Below, piece after piece: positions 44,642 to 53,500 of a DNA stretch of 64,000 nucleotides. Both the position numbers and the translations under genes were made by a program. Source of the DNA: a virus. The stretch is from the IMG/VR virus record IMGVR_UViG_3300042287_000907, one strand, 5' to 3'. The notes beneath the pieces were generated by a model. The model was not told the origin of the DNA. It ran no database searches and worked only from the letters and a program-made list of their open reading frames with translations. Positions within the stretch are counted from its first letter, which is position 1, and each line of letters begins with the position of its first letter.

Positions 44642-44933
44642 TGTTTTGTTGCGTTAGAAATAACGTGACCGGCGAGATGAAGGGTAGATGAGAAAAGACA
44701 CAAGGCGTGAGCTTCATGCTTACTCCGAACTTACAATCCAACTGAACATTGGAACGTGTTTGTGTGATCCGATCCCTAATAGAATGTCATTTGTTAATCG
44801 GAAATATATGGACCTCTGTGTATTGTTAATTGCACATTGTCAAAGGAAGATTACAAACCTTCCGTTGTCCTTTGTCCGGTCTTTTACTTGACCTTTCGTC
44901 AAACCGTTATATTTTTAAAAAGAGAGAAAATCA

Positions 44934-45509
44934 ATGAACATCACACTGCGCAAGGCCAATGCTGTACAACACAGCATCACAGAAGCAATCAAGAACATCA
45001 AAATTGATCTCACTGTAGAGATCAATGAGTTCCAAACAGTCGAGGACGTTATCACTAAAGCTAACTCCACCTTGGTAGAAAATGACGGCCGCCGTCAGAA
45101 GCTGACCATGGCTCTGTACAATATCCGTGCTCTAGTAGGCACAGCCAATACCGCCAGTGGTATCGACACTGCATTGGCCAAAGCAGCCTTTATCGACAAG
45201 CGTATTGGTCAGCTAGAGGAATTGGCCAAGGCCACAGAAATCACTGCTCTAGATGTAATCAAAGGCAAGCTGGACAAAATCCGCAACGACAAGAGCGAAT
45301 CTACTCGCAGTCGCATCTACGGCTACAGCGACACAGTTACCACAGGTGTGCTAGGACTAGAACAGATCGCACAGGCCAAAGCAGAAGTGTTGAGTCTTAA
45401 AAAGCAGAAACAGAAGATCAACGACGAAGTGTTAGAACTCAACATCAAGACAGAGATTCCTCTTTCAGAAGATGTAGTTGCTGTATTGCAGGCCGAAGCA
45501 TTAATTTAA
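44934..45509 (+). CDS. Hypothetical coiled-coil protein
   Basis: Heptad-rich 191-aa ORF behind a long structured leader. Confidence 0.75.
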   Translation: MNITLRKANAVQHSITEAIKNIKIDLTVEINEFQTVEDVITKANSTLVENDGRRQKLTMALYNIRALVGTANTASGIDTALAKAAFIDKRIGQLEELAKATEITALDVIKGKLDKIRNDKSESTRSRIYGYSDTVTTGVLGLEQIAQAKAEVLSLKKQKQKINDEVLELNIKTEIPLSEDVVAVLQAEALI

Positions 45510-45515
45510 AACTAT

Positions 45516-45589
45516 CGCGGGATAGAGAAACGGTAACTCACGAGTCTCATAAGCTCGAGATCCTGGTTCGATTCCGGGTCCCGCAACCA
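45516..45589 (+). tRNA. Initiator tRNA-fMet(CAT)
   Basis: C1:A72 mismatch, CGCGGG start, loop CTCATAA. Confidence 0.88.
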
Positions 45590-45603
45590 ACCATAAGGTA
45601 CGT

Positions 45604-45831
45604 ATGAAAAATAAATCACTGAGTCGTGGTCCCGAAATTGACACAGAAAAATGTGTGGAAAATATAGGCGGTAATAGATTTGACTTGGTGCTGATTGCAT
45701 CAGCTCGTGCCAGAGAGCTCAGTCGCAGACACAAGGCAGCTGAACTACAGACGCAGATGAACGCACCTGTGGCAGCACTGTTAGATGTGCAGTCAGGTGC
45801 GGTGGGTCGAGAATACCTGAAAAAAGTCTAG
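45604..45831 (+). CDS. rpoZ: RNA polymerase omega subunit-like protein
   Basis: CVE.IGGNRFDLVLIASARAREL...V.AL..V..G. Confidence 0.85.
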   Translation: MKNKSLSRGPEIDTEKCVENIGGNRFDLVLIASARARELSRRHKAAELQTQMNAPVAALLDVQSGAVGREYLKKV

Positions 45832-45860
45832 TCTTAAGATTATAGATTAAATAAATCTAT

Positions 45861-45934
45861 GCGGGGTTCGTATAGTGGTAATACCTGAGCCTTCCAAGCT
45901 CATGCGGAGAGTTCGATTCTCTTACCCCGCTCCA
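45861..45934 (+). tRNA. tRNA-Gly(TCC)
   Basis: Loop CTTCCAA, ends TCCA. Confidence 0.93.
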
Positions 45935-45948
45935 AATAAAATAACAAG

Positions 45949-46485
45949 ATGAAAATAATCGTTACCGGACATACGAGAGGTCTAGGAAAAGGCATTTATG
46001 ATTATTTTTCTAAAGACAATGAAGTTGTTGGATTTTCAAAAAGTAATGGGTTTGATATCACTGACCCTGATTGTAGAACAGAAATAGTAAATGCATCTGA
46101 AGATGCAGATATTTTTGTGAATAACGCACATGTTAATGGAGATTCTGCACAACTGCATTTACTTAAAGATATGCACGAACTTTGGAAACATCAAAATAAA
46201 ATTATAATTAATGTAAGTAGTTTTAGATCCACTTTTGTAGATGGCAATTTTGAATTTTCAGAGTCTTTTCGAGTTAAGAAAGAGTTGGATCTTTTTTGTA
46301 CAAAAAATCAACACGTATTAAAATATCCTTATCTAATAAATCTTAGACCCGGCCTTATTGATACAGACAGAACACGCAATGAACAGGGTAAAAAAATGAA
46401 TGTCCAAGACGTAATTGTGGTATTAGATTTTATTTTGAAAAACAAAGATATTTTTAAGATACTAGATATAGGCTTTAAAGGCTGA
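45949..46485 (+). CDS. Short-chain dehydrogenase-like protein
   Basis: VTGHTRGLG, FVNNA, IINVSS, PGLIDT. Confidence 0.8.
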   Translation: MKIIVTGHTRGLGKGIYDYFSKDNEVVGFSKSNGFDITDPDCRTEIVNASEDADIFVNNAHVNGDSAQLHLLKDMHELWKHQNKIIINVSSFRSTFVDGNFEFSESFRVKKELDLFCTKNQHVLKYPYLINLRPGLIDTDRTRNEQGKKMNVQDVIVVLDFILKNKDIFKILDIGFKG

Positions 46486-46515
46486 AAAAATTATTAAATT
46501 CTCAGAAGACACATA

Positions 46516-47091
46516 ATGTACAAAACGATAGACAAAAATGAAATTTTTCAAAAATTTGATTTCTCATCGTTGATCACCAAGCAAGATGATCTCGAAGCCT
46601 GTGAAATTATCAAGACGATCATAGCTGACGGTAACTATTTTACTAATTCGCCTAAGTATCAAACCAAAGAAAACATCTTTGCTAGATCAGAAGCTGTATG
46701 GTTAAAATACCGTGTGAGTTTCATGATGAGTGCGTTCATGTATCTAGGCCGTGAAGCCAAAATATCTAACATGATGGCCTGGAGTTTTATGACCAATCTC
46801 GAGGGTGCCGAAAACCGTGATAATCTCTGGCATCATCATTGGCATCCTACTACCCCCACCGCACAAATACTCAGTGGTATTTGGTATCTACACATACCCG
46901 AGGATGTTAAAGATCGAGACTATTGCGGTACAGAGATGGCACCGGGGGGTCCTCAATCTGATGACAGATATTTTGTGCGTCCCGCAGATGGTAATTGGTT
47001 GATCTATCCCGGCAACATGTGGCATCGCCCCGGAATCGTACAGAGCGATCAATACAGATTTGTCTTAGCCGCAGACATTCAAATAGACTAA
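46516..47091 (+). CDS. Hypothetical protein, 2OG-Fe(II)/cupin-like
   Basis: WHHH, SGIWYL, YP...WHRP, RFV.AAD. Confidence 0.6.
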   Translation: MYKTIDKNEIFQKFDFSSLITKQDDLEACEIIKTIIADGNYFTNSPKYQTKENIFARSEAVWLKYRVSFMMSAFMYLGREAKISNMMAWSFMTNLEGAENRDNLWHHHWHPTTPTAQILSGIWYLHIPEDVKDRDYCGTEMAPGGPQSDDRYFVRPADGNWLIYPGNMWHRPGIVQSDQYRFVLAADIQID

Positions 47092-47092
47092 A

Positions 47093-47167
47093 CTGGCCAT
47101 AGTATAATGGATAATACAGCGAGCTTCTACCTCGCGAATGTGGGTTCGATTCCTGCTGGCCGGACCA
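47093..47167 (+). tRNA. tRNA-Arg(TCT)
   Basis: Loop CTTCTAC. Confidence 0.9.
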
Positions 47168-47171
47168 CGCC

Positions 47172-47245
47172 GCTCTCATAGTATAAAAGCATTACACTAC
47201 ATTGGTAATGTAGAAACGGTGGAGCATTACCACCTGAGAGCACCA
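47172..47245 (+). tRNA. tRNA-Thr(GGT) with non-canonical T loop
   Basis: Loop TTGGTAA; T arm GGTGG-AGCATTA-CCACC. Confidence 0.8.
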
Positions 47246-47246
47246 C

Positions 47247-47275
47247 TTGACAAAAATTGATAAATGTAGTATAAT
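47247..47275 (+). promoter_or_regulatory. Sigma70-type promoter
   Basis: TTGACA-17-TATAAT. Confidence 0.9.
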
Positions 47276-47303
47276 ACTAGTATACAAATTATCAAAGGCA
47301 TAT

Positions 47304-47726
47304 ATGCAGATCATCATGGAAGGTAGGGCTAGTCCTACCAAATCAATCATAGAAACCTCCGCGAATTTCTTTGCCAAAGAACTGGGATTGAGCCGTAGCC
47401 GGTTCACTCTGTTGATCATGACTGAACGAGGAATGGCCCGTAAAGAAGGCATGCGAGGTGCGGTGCATAAAGTAGGTCCAAAATTTCTTACCATGATCAT
47501 AGACTCTGGGCTAGAGTTTGAAAGACTGATAATCACCCTGGCACACGAAATGATACATGTCAAACAATATGCTCGCGGTCAGATCAAATCCAGCCGCAGT
47601 TGCAAAACACACTATTGGATGGGCCGGCACATACGTAAAAGCTATTACGATCAACCTTGGGAAATCGAAGCCTATACCAAAGAACGTGTGCTAGCCAATA
47701 AAATTTTTGCGATAACAGGAGCATGA
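47304..47726 (+). CDS. Zinc metallopeptidase-like protein
   Basis: LAHEMIHVKQ (HExxH), PWEIEAY. Confidence 0.8.
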   Translation: MQIIMEGRASPTKSIIETSANFFAKELGLSRSRFTLLIMTERGMARKEGMRGAVHKVGPKFLTMIIDSGLEFERLIITLAHEMIHVKQYARGQIKSSRSCKTHYWMGRHIRKSYYDQPWEIEAYTKERVLANKIFAITGA

Positions 47727-47727
47727 C

Positions 47728-48267
47728 ATGAATCCATGGATACAAAACGTAGCACTCAGCGATATCCGTAAAGGACATCACATCGACGCAGGCATAAACT
47801 CTATGCTGATCCAGATCTGCGATCCGCCCGGAGATTTTCCTACTCCTAAACATCAGTTCAAAGAAGTCCATCAGTTCCAATTCTTGGACATCGAAGAAAA
47901 AGACTTTGCATTGGAAGAAGTCATGCGTTGCAGTCAATCACAGGCTGATGAGCTGGTTCGATTACTGCAACACGCACTAGAGAATCGTATGAATGTAGTT
48001 GTTCACTGTCACGCCGGCGTTTGCCGCAGCGGGGCGGTTTGCGAAATCGGTGTTATGCTAGGCTTCCGCGACACTGAAGCGTTTCGTTCACCGAACCTAC
48101 TTGTCAAGCATCGCATGATGCGAGCATTGGGTTGGCTCTACGATGAACAGGAACCTCACTCGATCAATGGAGTACCGGTTCCAGAAGATTGGACCAACGA
48201 CAACGAGAAAGTCTTTATGCTAGCCGCTGAACGCAGAGCTCGAAGAGAAAGAGAAGGTGACATATGA
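47728..48267 (+). CDS. Protein-tyrosine/dual-specificity phosphatase-like protein
   Basis: VHCHAGVCRS (CX5R), F.DI, PN. Confidence 0.85.
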   Translation: MNPWIQNVALSDIRKGHHIDAGINSMLIQICDPPGDFPTPKHQFKEVHQFQFLDIEEKDFALEEVMRCSQSQADELVRLLQHALENRMNVVVHCHAGVCRSGAVCEIGVMLGFRDTEAFRSPNLLVKHRMMRALGWLYDEQEPHSINGVPVPEDWTNDNEKVFMLAAERRARREREGDI

Positions 48268-48458
48268 ATATATCAAGTATCCAACGATATCAAATACAAC
48301 AGTACAATCTGGAACAAAGAAATCTGCAAGAAAAGCGAGAAGAAGATTATCGTAAGTTAGTAGAACGAAAAAACTTTGAGCAGATTGTTGCAGAACGGGT
48401 GGCAAGAAATCTACGGTTAGATCTAGACAAAGGTAGAAACATTGATCTAGAATGTTAA
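48264..48458 (+). CDS. Hypothetical protein
   Basis: Coupled ORF; KGRNID C-terminus. Confidence 0.6.
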   Translation: MNISSIQRYQIQQYNLEQRNLQEKREEDYRKLVERKNFEQIVAERVARNLRLDLDKGRNIDLEC

Positions 48459-48499
48459 ACTGTTGTAAAAATACAACATCTAGACCCTGTTAATTTCGA

Positions 48500-48528
48500 T
48501 TGACAGGGTTTCTTTTTGGTGCTATAAT
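48500..48528 (+). promoter_or_regulatory. Sigma70-type promoter overlapping a terminator-like hairpin
   Basis: TTGACA-17-TATAAT; ACCCTGT/ACAGGGT stem followed by a T run. Confidence 0.8.
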
Positions 48529-48534
48529 AGAACA

Positions 48535-48735
48535 ATGATAGAAGTAAAAAGCAAAACAAAAACACAAGAATTTGAAACATTAGCCCTAGCAATGACGTGG
48601 GCTAAGACTGTGAATGAGTTTGTTGTCATCACAGTTAACGGAATGGAAATAGTAGGGCGGTTTGGCGCAGACAGCGTTGTCAACGGCAAGTGCCCAGATG
48701 GTGTAGATTACACCTGGAAAAAACGTAGAATCTAA
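48535..48735 (+). CDS. Hypothetical protein (probably leaderless)
   Basis: ATG 6 nt after the -10 box. Confidence 0.65.
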   Translation: MIEVKSKTKTQEFETLALAMTWAKTVNEFVVITVNGMEIVGRFGADSVVNGKCPDGVDYTWKKRRI

Positions 48736-48752
48736 AATGAAAGGAGGGCAAG

Positions 48753-49358
48753 ATGCCTAGTGTATTTTTAGTATCAGACACGCACTTTGGACACACAGGT
48801 GTTTGCCGCTTCACCCGTGATGATGGCACTAAATTGCGCCCTTGGGACTCTGCTGAAGAAATGGACGAAGCCATGGTCAAGGCATGGAATGAACGTGTAA
48901 AACCCACTGACAAGGTCTACCATTTGGGCGATGTTGTCATCAACCGCAAAGCGTTGAGTATTTTGCATCGTTTAAATGGCGACAAGGTGTTGATCCGTGG
49001 TAACCACGATATTTTCAAAGACACGGATTATATCCAACACTTCCGCGAATTACGTGCCTATCATGTGATGAACGGTATGATCTTAAGTCATATCCCTGTA
49101 CACGAAGCCAGTTTGGGTCGATTTGGTGTTAACATACACGGACACCTGCACTCAAATCGTGTGCGTAAAGCTCGCGGGGTTGATGCTAGAACAGGTGCTG
49201 TGTTGTACGGTGATGAAATAGATGTTCGTTATCACTGTGTATGTGTGGAACAGACACCGGATTTTGCCCCTATATTGTTCGAAGATGTCATAGCACGTAT
49301 ACAAGCAGAAGGCGGCGAAGTAGGTTTCCGCAATGGCAACGGACCTACAGTGGATTAG
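48753..49358 (+). CDS. Calcineurin-like phosphoesterase
   Basis: SDTHFGH, HLGD, GNHD, HGHLH. Confidence 0.9.
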   Translation: MPSVFLVSDTHFGHTGVCRFTRDDGTKLRPWDSAEEMDEAMVKAWNERVKPTDKVYHLGDVVINRKALSILHRLNGDKVLIRGNHDIFKDTDYIQHFRELRAYHVMNGMILSHIPVHEASLGRFGVNIHGHLHSNRVRKARGVDARTGAVLYGDEIDVRYHCVCVEQTPDFAPILFEDVIARIQAEGGEVGFRNGNGPTVD

Positions 49359-49406
49359 AACATAGTTCTATTTGAGCGTCAGCCCCTAGGCGCTATACAA
49401 AAGGGC

Positions 49407-49435
49407 AAAATAGCACCTTCGGGTGCTATTTTTTT
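49407..49435 (+). terminator. Intrinsic terminator
   Basis: AAAATAGCACC-TTCG-GGTGCTATTTTTTT. Confidence 0.92.
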
Positions 49436-49497
49436 GGCTATATGTTCTGGACTCTGCGACATAAATATATGAGTAGGAATAATCCAGGAGTTTAAAC

Positions 49498-51546
49498 ATG
49501 CCCTTACAGATTCGCAGAGGCACAAACGCACAAAGACAAGCCATGACACAGGCCCTAGCTCAGGGCGAACTGTTGTATGTTACTGATGAACAAAAATTAT
49601 ATGTTGGTAATGGCAGCACACTAGGTGGCATACAAATTACCGGTTATACTGATGAAAATGCACAGGATGCTGCTGCAGGATTGTTTGCCAACGGCACACA
49701 CAGTGGTATAACTTTCGCATATAATGACGCAGGCGCTAGTATATCTGCCGAATTAGATCTAACTACCAACACAGGTACAATAGGCGGAGTATTTAAAGGC
49801 GACGTAGTAGCAGAAGATTCTACTCTACTCATAGATGCTACTTTGGGCAGAATTGTTGGACCTGTATTTTCTAATGTCACAGGCAATGTCACAGGCAATG
49901 TCACAGGCAATGTCACAGGCAATGTCACAGGTAATGCAGACACTGCTACAACAGCTACCACAGCCACCACAGTAGCACTTACTGCTACTAATTTTACCGC
50001 AACTGGACACTTTATCACATTCGTTGATACCGCTACTGGCAATGAAACCTTAAGAACAGATACCGCCCTAACATATAACCCAAGCACTGATACATTAACT
50101 GCCGGCATTTTTTCGGGCACTTTATCCGGTAATACTGTCGGATATCATACAGGTGACGTTAAAGGTTCTGTATTTGCAGATGATTCAACTATGTTGGTAG
50201 ATGCAACCGGCGGACGATTCTTTGGAGATCTAACAGGTAATGTCAGTGGTAACATTGAGACTAACTTAATTTCTTCTGCAACATCTACTACCATTGTTGT
50301 AGATACCCCCGTTAATTTTCAGACTGCGGTAACTGTTGAGGGTGATTCGAATTTTTACAGTGAAGGTACCTTCATAACCAATGAAACAAATCTTCGGACT
50401 ATAGCATTAGATCAATTCCATGATGACTCTGTATCGGCTTCTTTTCTTAATCTAAGAAGAGCTCGAGGAAATGATTTATCCCCATTAAACGTGTTAGATG
50501 GTGACACAATAGGTGCAGTTATATCTAGTGCCAAGGTTACTGACGGATATGACACAGTTGCTGGTATTTTTACAAAAATTCAAGGAACACCAACATCATC
50601 TATAGCGCCAGCTGGTTTTGAATTCTGGACTAGATCATCTACCACAAACACGTTCGGACCGCGATTAAGAATAAGAAATGATGGGCAATTATTTCAAAAT
50701 ATCGATGACTTCTCTACAGCTCCTGCTTATAGATTGGTGCAAATTCATAACAACCAGGAAAGCAGAGATTTTAGATTAACCAAGGCTAGGGAATCTGGAG
50801 GATTACCAATCGCTGTTCAACCCGACGACGTGCTTGCTAAATTTAATTTTGCAGGTTACGACGGTGCTGACTATTCAAATTCTGCTCAAATAAGATCAGT
50901 TGTAGAAACCGGATCTACGGTAACTACTGGCAGAGTGCCGGGAAGACTTGATTTTTATGTTGCGAATAGTGTCGGTACCTTGATAGAAAAAATGTCGATA
51001 GGCGCTGTTTCTACATTAATCAATGGACAATTGATCGTAGCTTCGGCAACTGCGAACTCATTACCATTGTATCTTCAAAATAATACCAGTTCGGTTACTG
51101 ATGGTGCTAGATTAGGAATGCGTAGATCTAGGGGAACATATACTGCACCGACTGCTGTTCAAAACGGTGATGTGTTGTATAGACTAGGATGGGGCGGCTA
51201 CGACGGATCGGTCTACAGAGACAGTGCCTTTATAACAGGTACCGTAACCGGAGCTGTGAGTTCAGGGGTAATACCGACTAAGTTGAGTATCTTAACTGAA
51301 AACTCTTCAGGAACTAAAACCCTTGCATTAGAAATCACAGACAGTCAGGTTGTAAAAATTGATACCATAGCATCCTTGACCGGACAGTCTACTAATTTCA
51401 GTAATGCTGTTCGTTTAGTTGTATATGCTGATAATACAGCCAGAGATGCTGCAATAACTTCACCTACTGCTGGTATGATGGTGTTTAATACCACCGGAAC
51501 AAAATTCCAAGGATATACAGGCGCAGCCTGGGTTGATCTAAATTAA
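49498..51546 (+). CDS. Virion fibre/structural protein
   Basis: LQIRRGT..GEL.Y.TD..KLYVG.G N-terminal motif, GNVT repeats, repeated R.RG....P..V..GD modules. Confidence 0.75.
   Translation: MPLQIRRGTNAQRQAMTQALAQGELLYVTDEQKLYVGNGSTLGGIQITGYTDENAQDAAAGLFANGTHSGITFAYNDAGASISAELDLTTNTGTIGGVFKGDVVAEDSTLLIDATLGRIVGPVFSNVTGNVTGNVTGNVTGNVTGNADTATTATTATTVALTATNFTATGHFITFVDTATGNETLRTDTALTYNPSTDTLTAGIFSGTLSGNTVGYHTGDVKGSVFADDSTMLVDATGGRFFGDLTGNVSGNIETNLISSATSTTIVVDTPVNFQTAVTVEGDSNFYSEGTFITNETNLRTIALDQFHDDSVSASFLNLRRARGNDLSPLNVLDGDTIGAVISSAKVTDGYDTVAGIFTKIQGTPTSSIAPAGFEFWTRSSTTNTFGPRLRIRNDGQLFQNIDDFSTAPAYRLVQIHNNQESRDFRLTKARESGGLPIAVQPDDVLAKFNFAGYDGADYSNSAQIRSVVETGSTVTTGRVPGRLDFYVANSVGTLIEKMSIGAVSTLINGQLIVASATANSLPLYLQNNTSSVTDGARLGMRRSRGTYTAPTAVQNGDVLYRLGWGGYDGSVYRDSAFITGTVTGAVSSGVIPTKLSILTENSSGTKTLALEITDSQVVKIDTIASLTGQSTNFSNAVRLVVYADNTARDAAITSPTAGMMVFNTTGTKFQGYTGAAWVDLN
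49873..49932 (+). repeat. 12-nt tandem repeat x5 (NVTG)
   Basis: AATGTCACAGGC x4 then AATGTCACAGGT. Confidence 0.92.
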
Positions 51547-52512
51547 CTCTGACATAAGATTGTCAACTAGATCTTGAAGAGGTAATATTTTGTCGATAAA
51601 ATCGACGGATGACCCCATACATATGTGACCAACATTGGAGTTTTTAATTCCTTGTTTCAAAGATAGACTATGATTGATATCATCTTTATCTATTTCAGAA
51701 AAAATAATACTGTTCTGACCTGTTTGAAATCTTGATAAATCATGCCGTGTTGATCTAATAATTTTTTCTTTGACATCGGTTGATATCTCACATTCTATAG
51801 CAGTGATAAAATATGATCCTATTCCTATGATTTCTGCGCCGGCATTGATAAATTCTTTTACCTGCGAACCAGAATGTATGCCACCAGTTGGAACAAAAAC
51901 TTTATCAGGAGATGCAGTCTCTAGTTGTAAAAATTCTTCAATCAGTGTTTTTCTATCGTTGTGAACTATGGTTTTTCCTGACGCATCACTTGATTTAATT
52001 ATTGCTCCTGAAAACAAATCTTTAACGCGATCGGTTTTTTTAATCCAATGATCTGGTATTAAACATTTAAATAGACATTTTATTCCTGCTCTTTCTATAT
52101 CTAAAAAAATAGATTCTAGTCTTGACATATTTTTTTCAAAAACATCTTTGTTGTCATCGATTTCAGACCTGTAAATATGTCCTGTTTCGTCTATAACTTC
52201 TAGATGAGAAAATAACTTTTTAGAACAAATATTTAAAAATTCTGGCTTACACATGTCAAAAAGTTCTACACTTACTATTAAATTATTTGTTCCGGTTAAG
52301 TTATTGAATATTGTTAGGTCTTTTTCGAACTGATGAACATCAAACAATTCCTTCCCATAATAATAGTTATATGCTGATATAGAAGGAAAAATTCCAACCC
52401 GATTACATGCAACAGCGAAATTCATCGTTGAAACTTTATTCATAGCCGCTAGCATTATCGGATATTTGCTATCAAACAATTTCAACGGCCTAGATAGAAA
52501 TCGTTGATTCAT
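51538..52512 (-). CDS. Nitronate monooxygenase-like flavin TIM-barrel protein
   Basis: KYPIMLAAM, TGGI, GA..IGIGS.F...E. Confidence 0.7.
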   Translation of the reverse strand: MNQRFLSRPLKLFDSKYPIMLAAMNKVSTMNFAVACNRVGIFPSISAYNYYYGKELFDVHQFEKDLTIFNNLTGTNNLIVSVELFDMCKPEFLNICSKKLFSHLEVIDETGHIYRSEIDDNKDVFEKNMSRLESIFLDIERAGIKCLFKCLIPDHWIKKTDRVKDLFSGAIIKSSDASGKTIVHNDRKTLIEEFLQLETASPDKVFVPTGGIHSGSQVKEFINAGAEIIGIGSYFITAIECEISTDVKEKIIRSTRHDLSRFQTGQNSIIFSEIDKDDINHSLSLKQGIKNSNVGHICMGSSVDFIDKILPLQDLVDNLMSELI

Positions 52513-53481
52513 CTATTTTTGAACCACTGTCCTTTCAGCCAACGGCTGATATAGTTTTTTGGCATCTAGTATAACTTTTTTGATTCCGTTGGGGCTAAGG
52601 TATTCTTTTTCTATTGTTTCAAAATTATCTTCGAAACTTTTAGATATTACCGGGTTTTCCAGAGCCACTCGCATTTCTTTATTAAACCATGCTACGATTT
52701 CTGGTTTTGTCTTAGGAGGCAAAACAATCAGCCTGTAGATATAGAAATTCAAATCTTTAATTTCTCTATTAAAAACTTGATACTGAGGGGAAGTCGCAAA
52801 AGGCGAATTTGCTGTGATGCCTATTATTTTAATTTTTCCAGTTGATTCTGCGGTCTTTATCAGCCCTGCAGGTATTACTCCGAAATCTAAATTTCCGGAA
52901 GCAACGTCCATCATTACTTCTCTTGCTGCTTTATATCTAATTTCTTTTACTTTAGACTTATCGGCTTTACTGTGATGCATGATAGAATAATACGGTATTG
53001 CTTGCGTACCAGTGGCTGTGCCAAAATTTAAATTTTTATTATTCAAGTTTAAATATTGAATTAACTCTTTGGGATTGTTCACTGGACTATTAATTGGAGA
53101 GATAATAACTGCAGGATCAGATGGTAATCCAATTACATATTCAAAACTATCTGCGTTCCATTTAACTCTATCTTTGAATACAATTTCGCTCCAAATAAAT
53201 ACATCACCAAAAAAAGGCATCAACATATGATGTCCATCATTTGGCATAGATATGAAATTGTTTGTTACCTCTACCTGTCCCGGACCTGGTTTATAGTGGT
53301 AACTAAAAGAAACGTTGGTTCTTTTGGTAATGTCATCTGTGACTCGCCTTAGTGCGATTTCTGCTGTGGTTCCTGGACCAGCACCTATGTAGATGTTTAC
53401 CGGTTGATTCGGCTGCCATGCGTGAGCATTGATAACTCCGTTGCAGATTAAAAACAAAGTAAATAAAATTTTTTTCATCAA
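52513..53481 (-). CDS. TctC/Bug family substrate-binding protein
   Basis: WQPNQPV, GPG, KPG, PNDGH, Y......DVASG.LD. Confidence 0.8.
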   Translation of the reverse strand: MMKKILFTLFLICNGVINAHAWQPNQPVNIYIGAGPGTTAEIALRRVTDDITKRTNVSFSYHYKPGPGQVEVTNNFISMPNDGHHMLMPFFGDVFIWSEIVFKDRVKWNADSFEYVIGLPSDPAVIISPINSPVNNPKELIQYLNLNNKNLNFGTATGTQAIPYYSIMHHSKADKSKVKEIRYKAAREVMMDVASGNLDFGVIPAGLIKTAESTGKIKIIGITANSPFATSPQYQVFNREIKDLNFYIYRLIVLPPKTKPEIVAWFNKEMRVALENPVISKSFEDNFETIEKEYLSPNGIKKVILDAKKLYQPLAERTVVQK

Positions 53482-53500
53482 ATATACCTTTTAAAATTTT

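Noticed and set aside
39305-47245. Possible stop-codon recoding or suppressor tRNAs, as in some large phages
   Set aside because: No CTA, TTA or TCA anticodon was found; genes are intact in the standard code and use all three stops
39305-47245. HDV-like (theta) ribozymes after tRNA 3' ends
   Set aside because: The tRNAs encode CCA and I could not fit the nested double pseudoknot by eye; a motif search is needed to exclude it fully
41367-47246. ORF-track entries overlapping tRNA genes (e.g. 41367-41603, 41890-42096, 42257-42514, 42641-42910, 43840-44025, 44074-44259, 45501-45734)
   Set aside because: They are shadow ORFs from tRNA and structured-RNA sequence, without SD or protein-like composition
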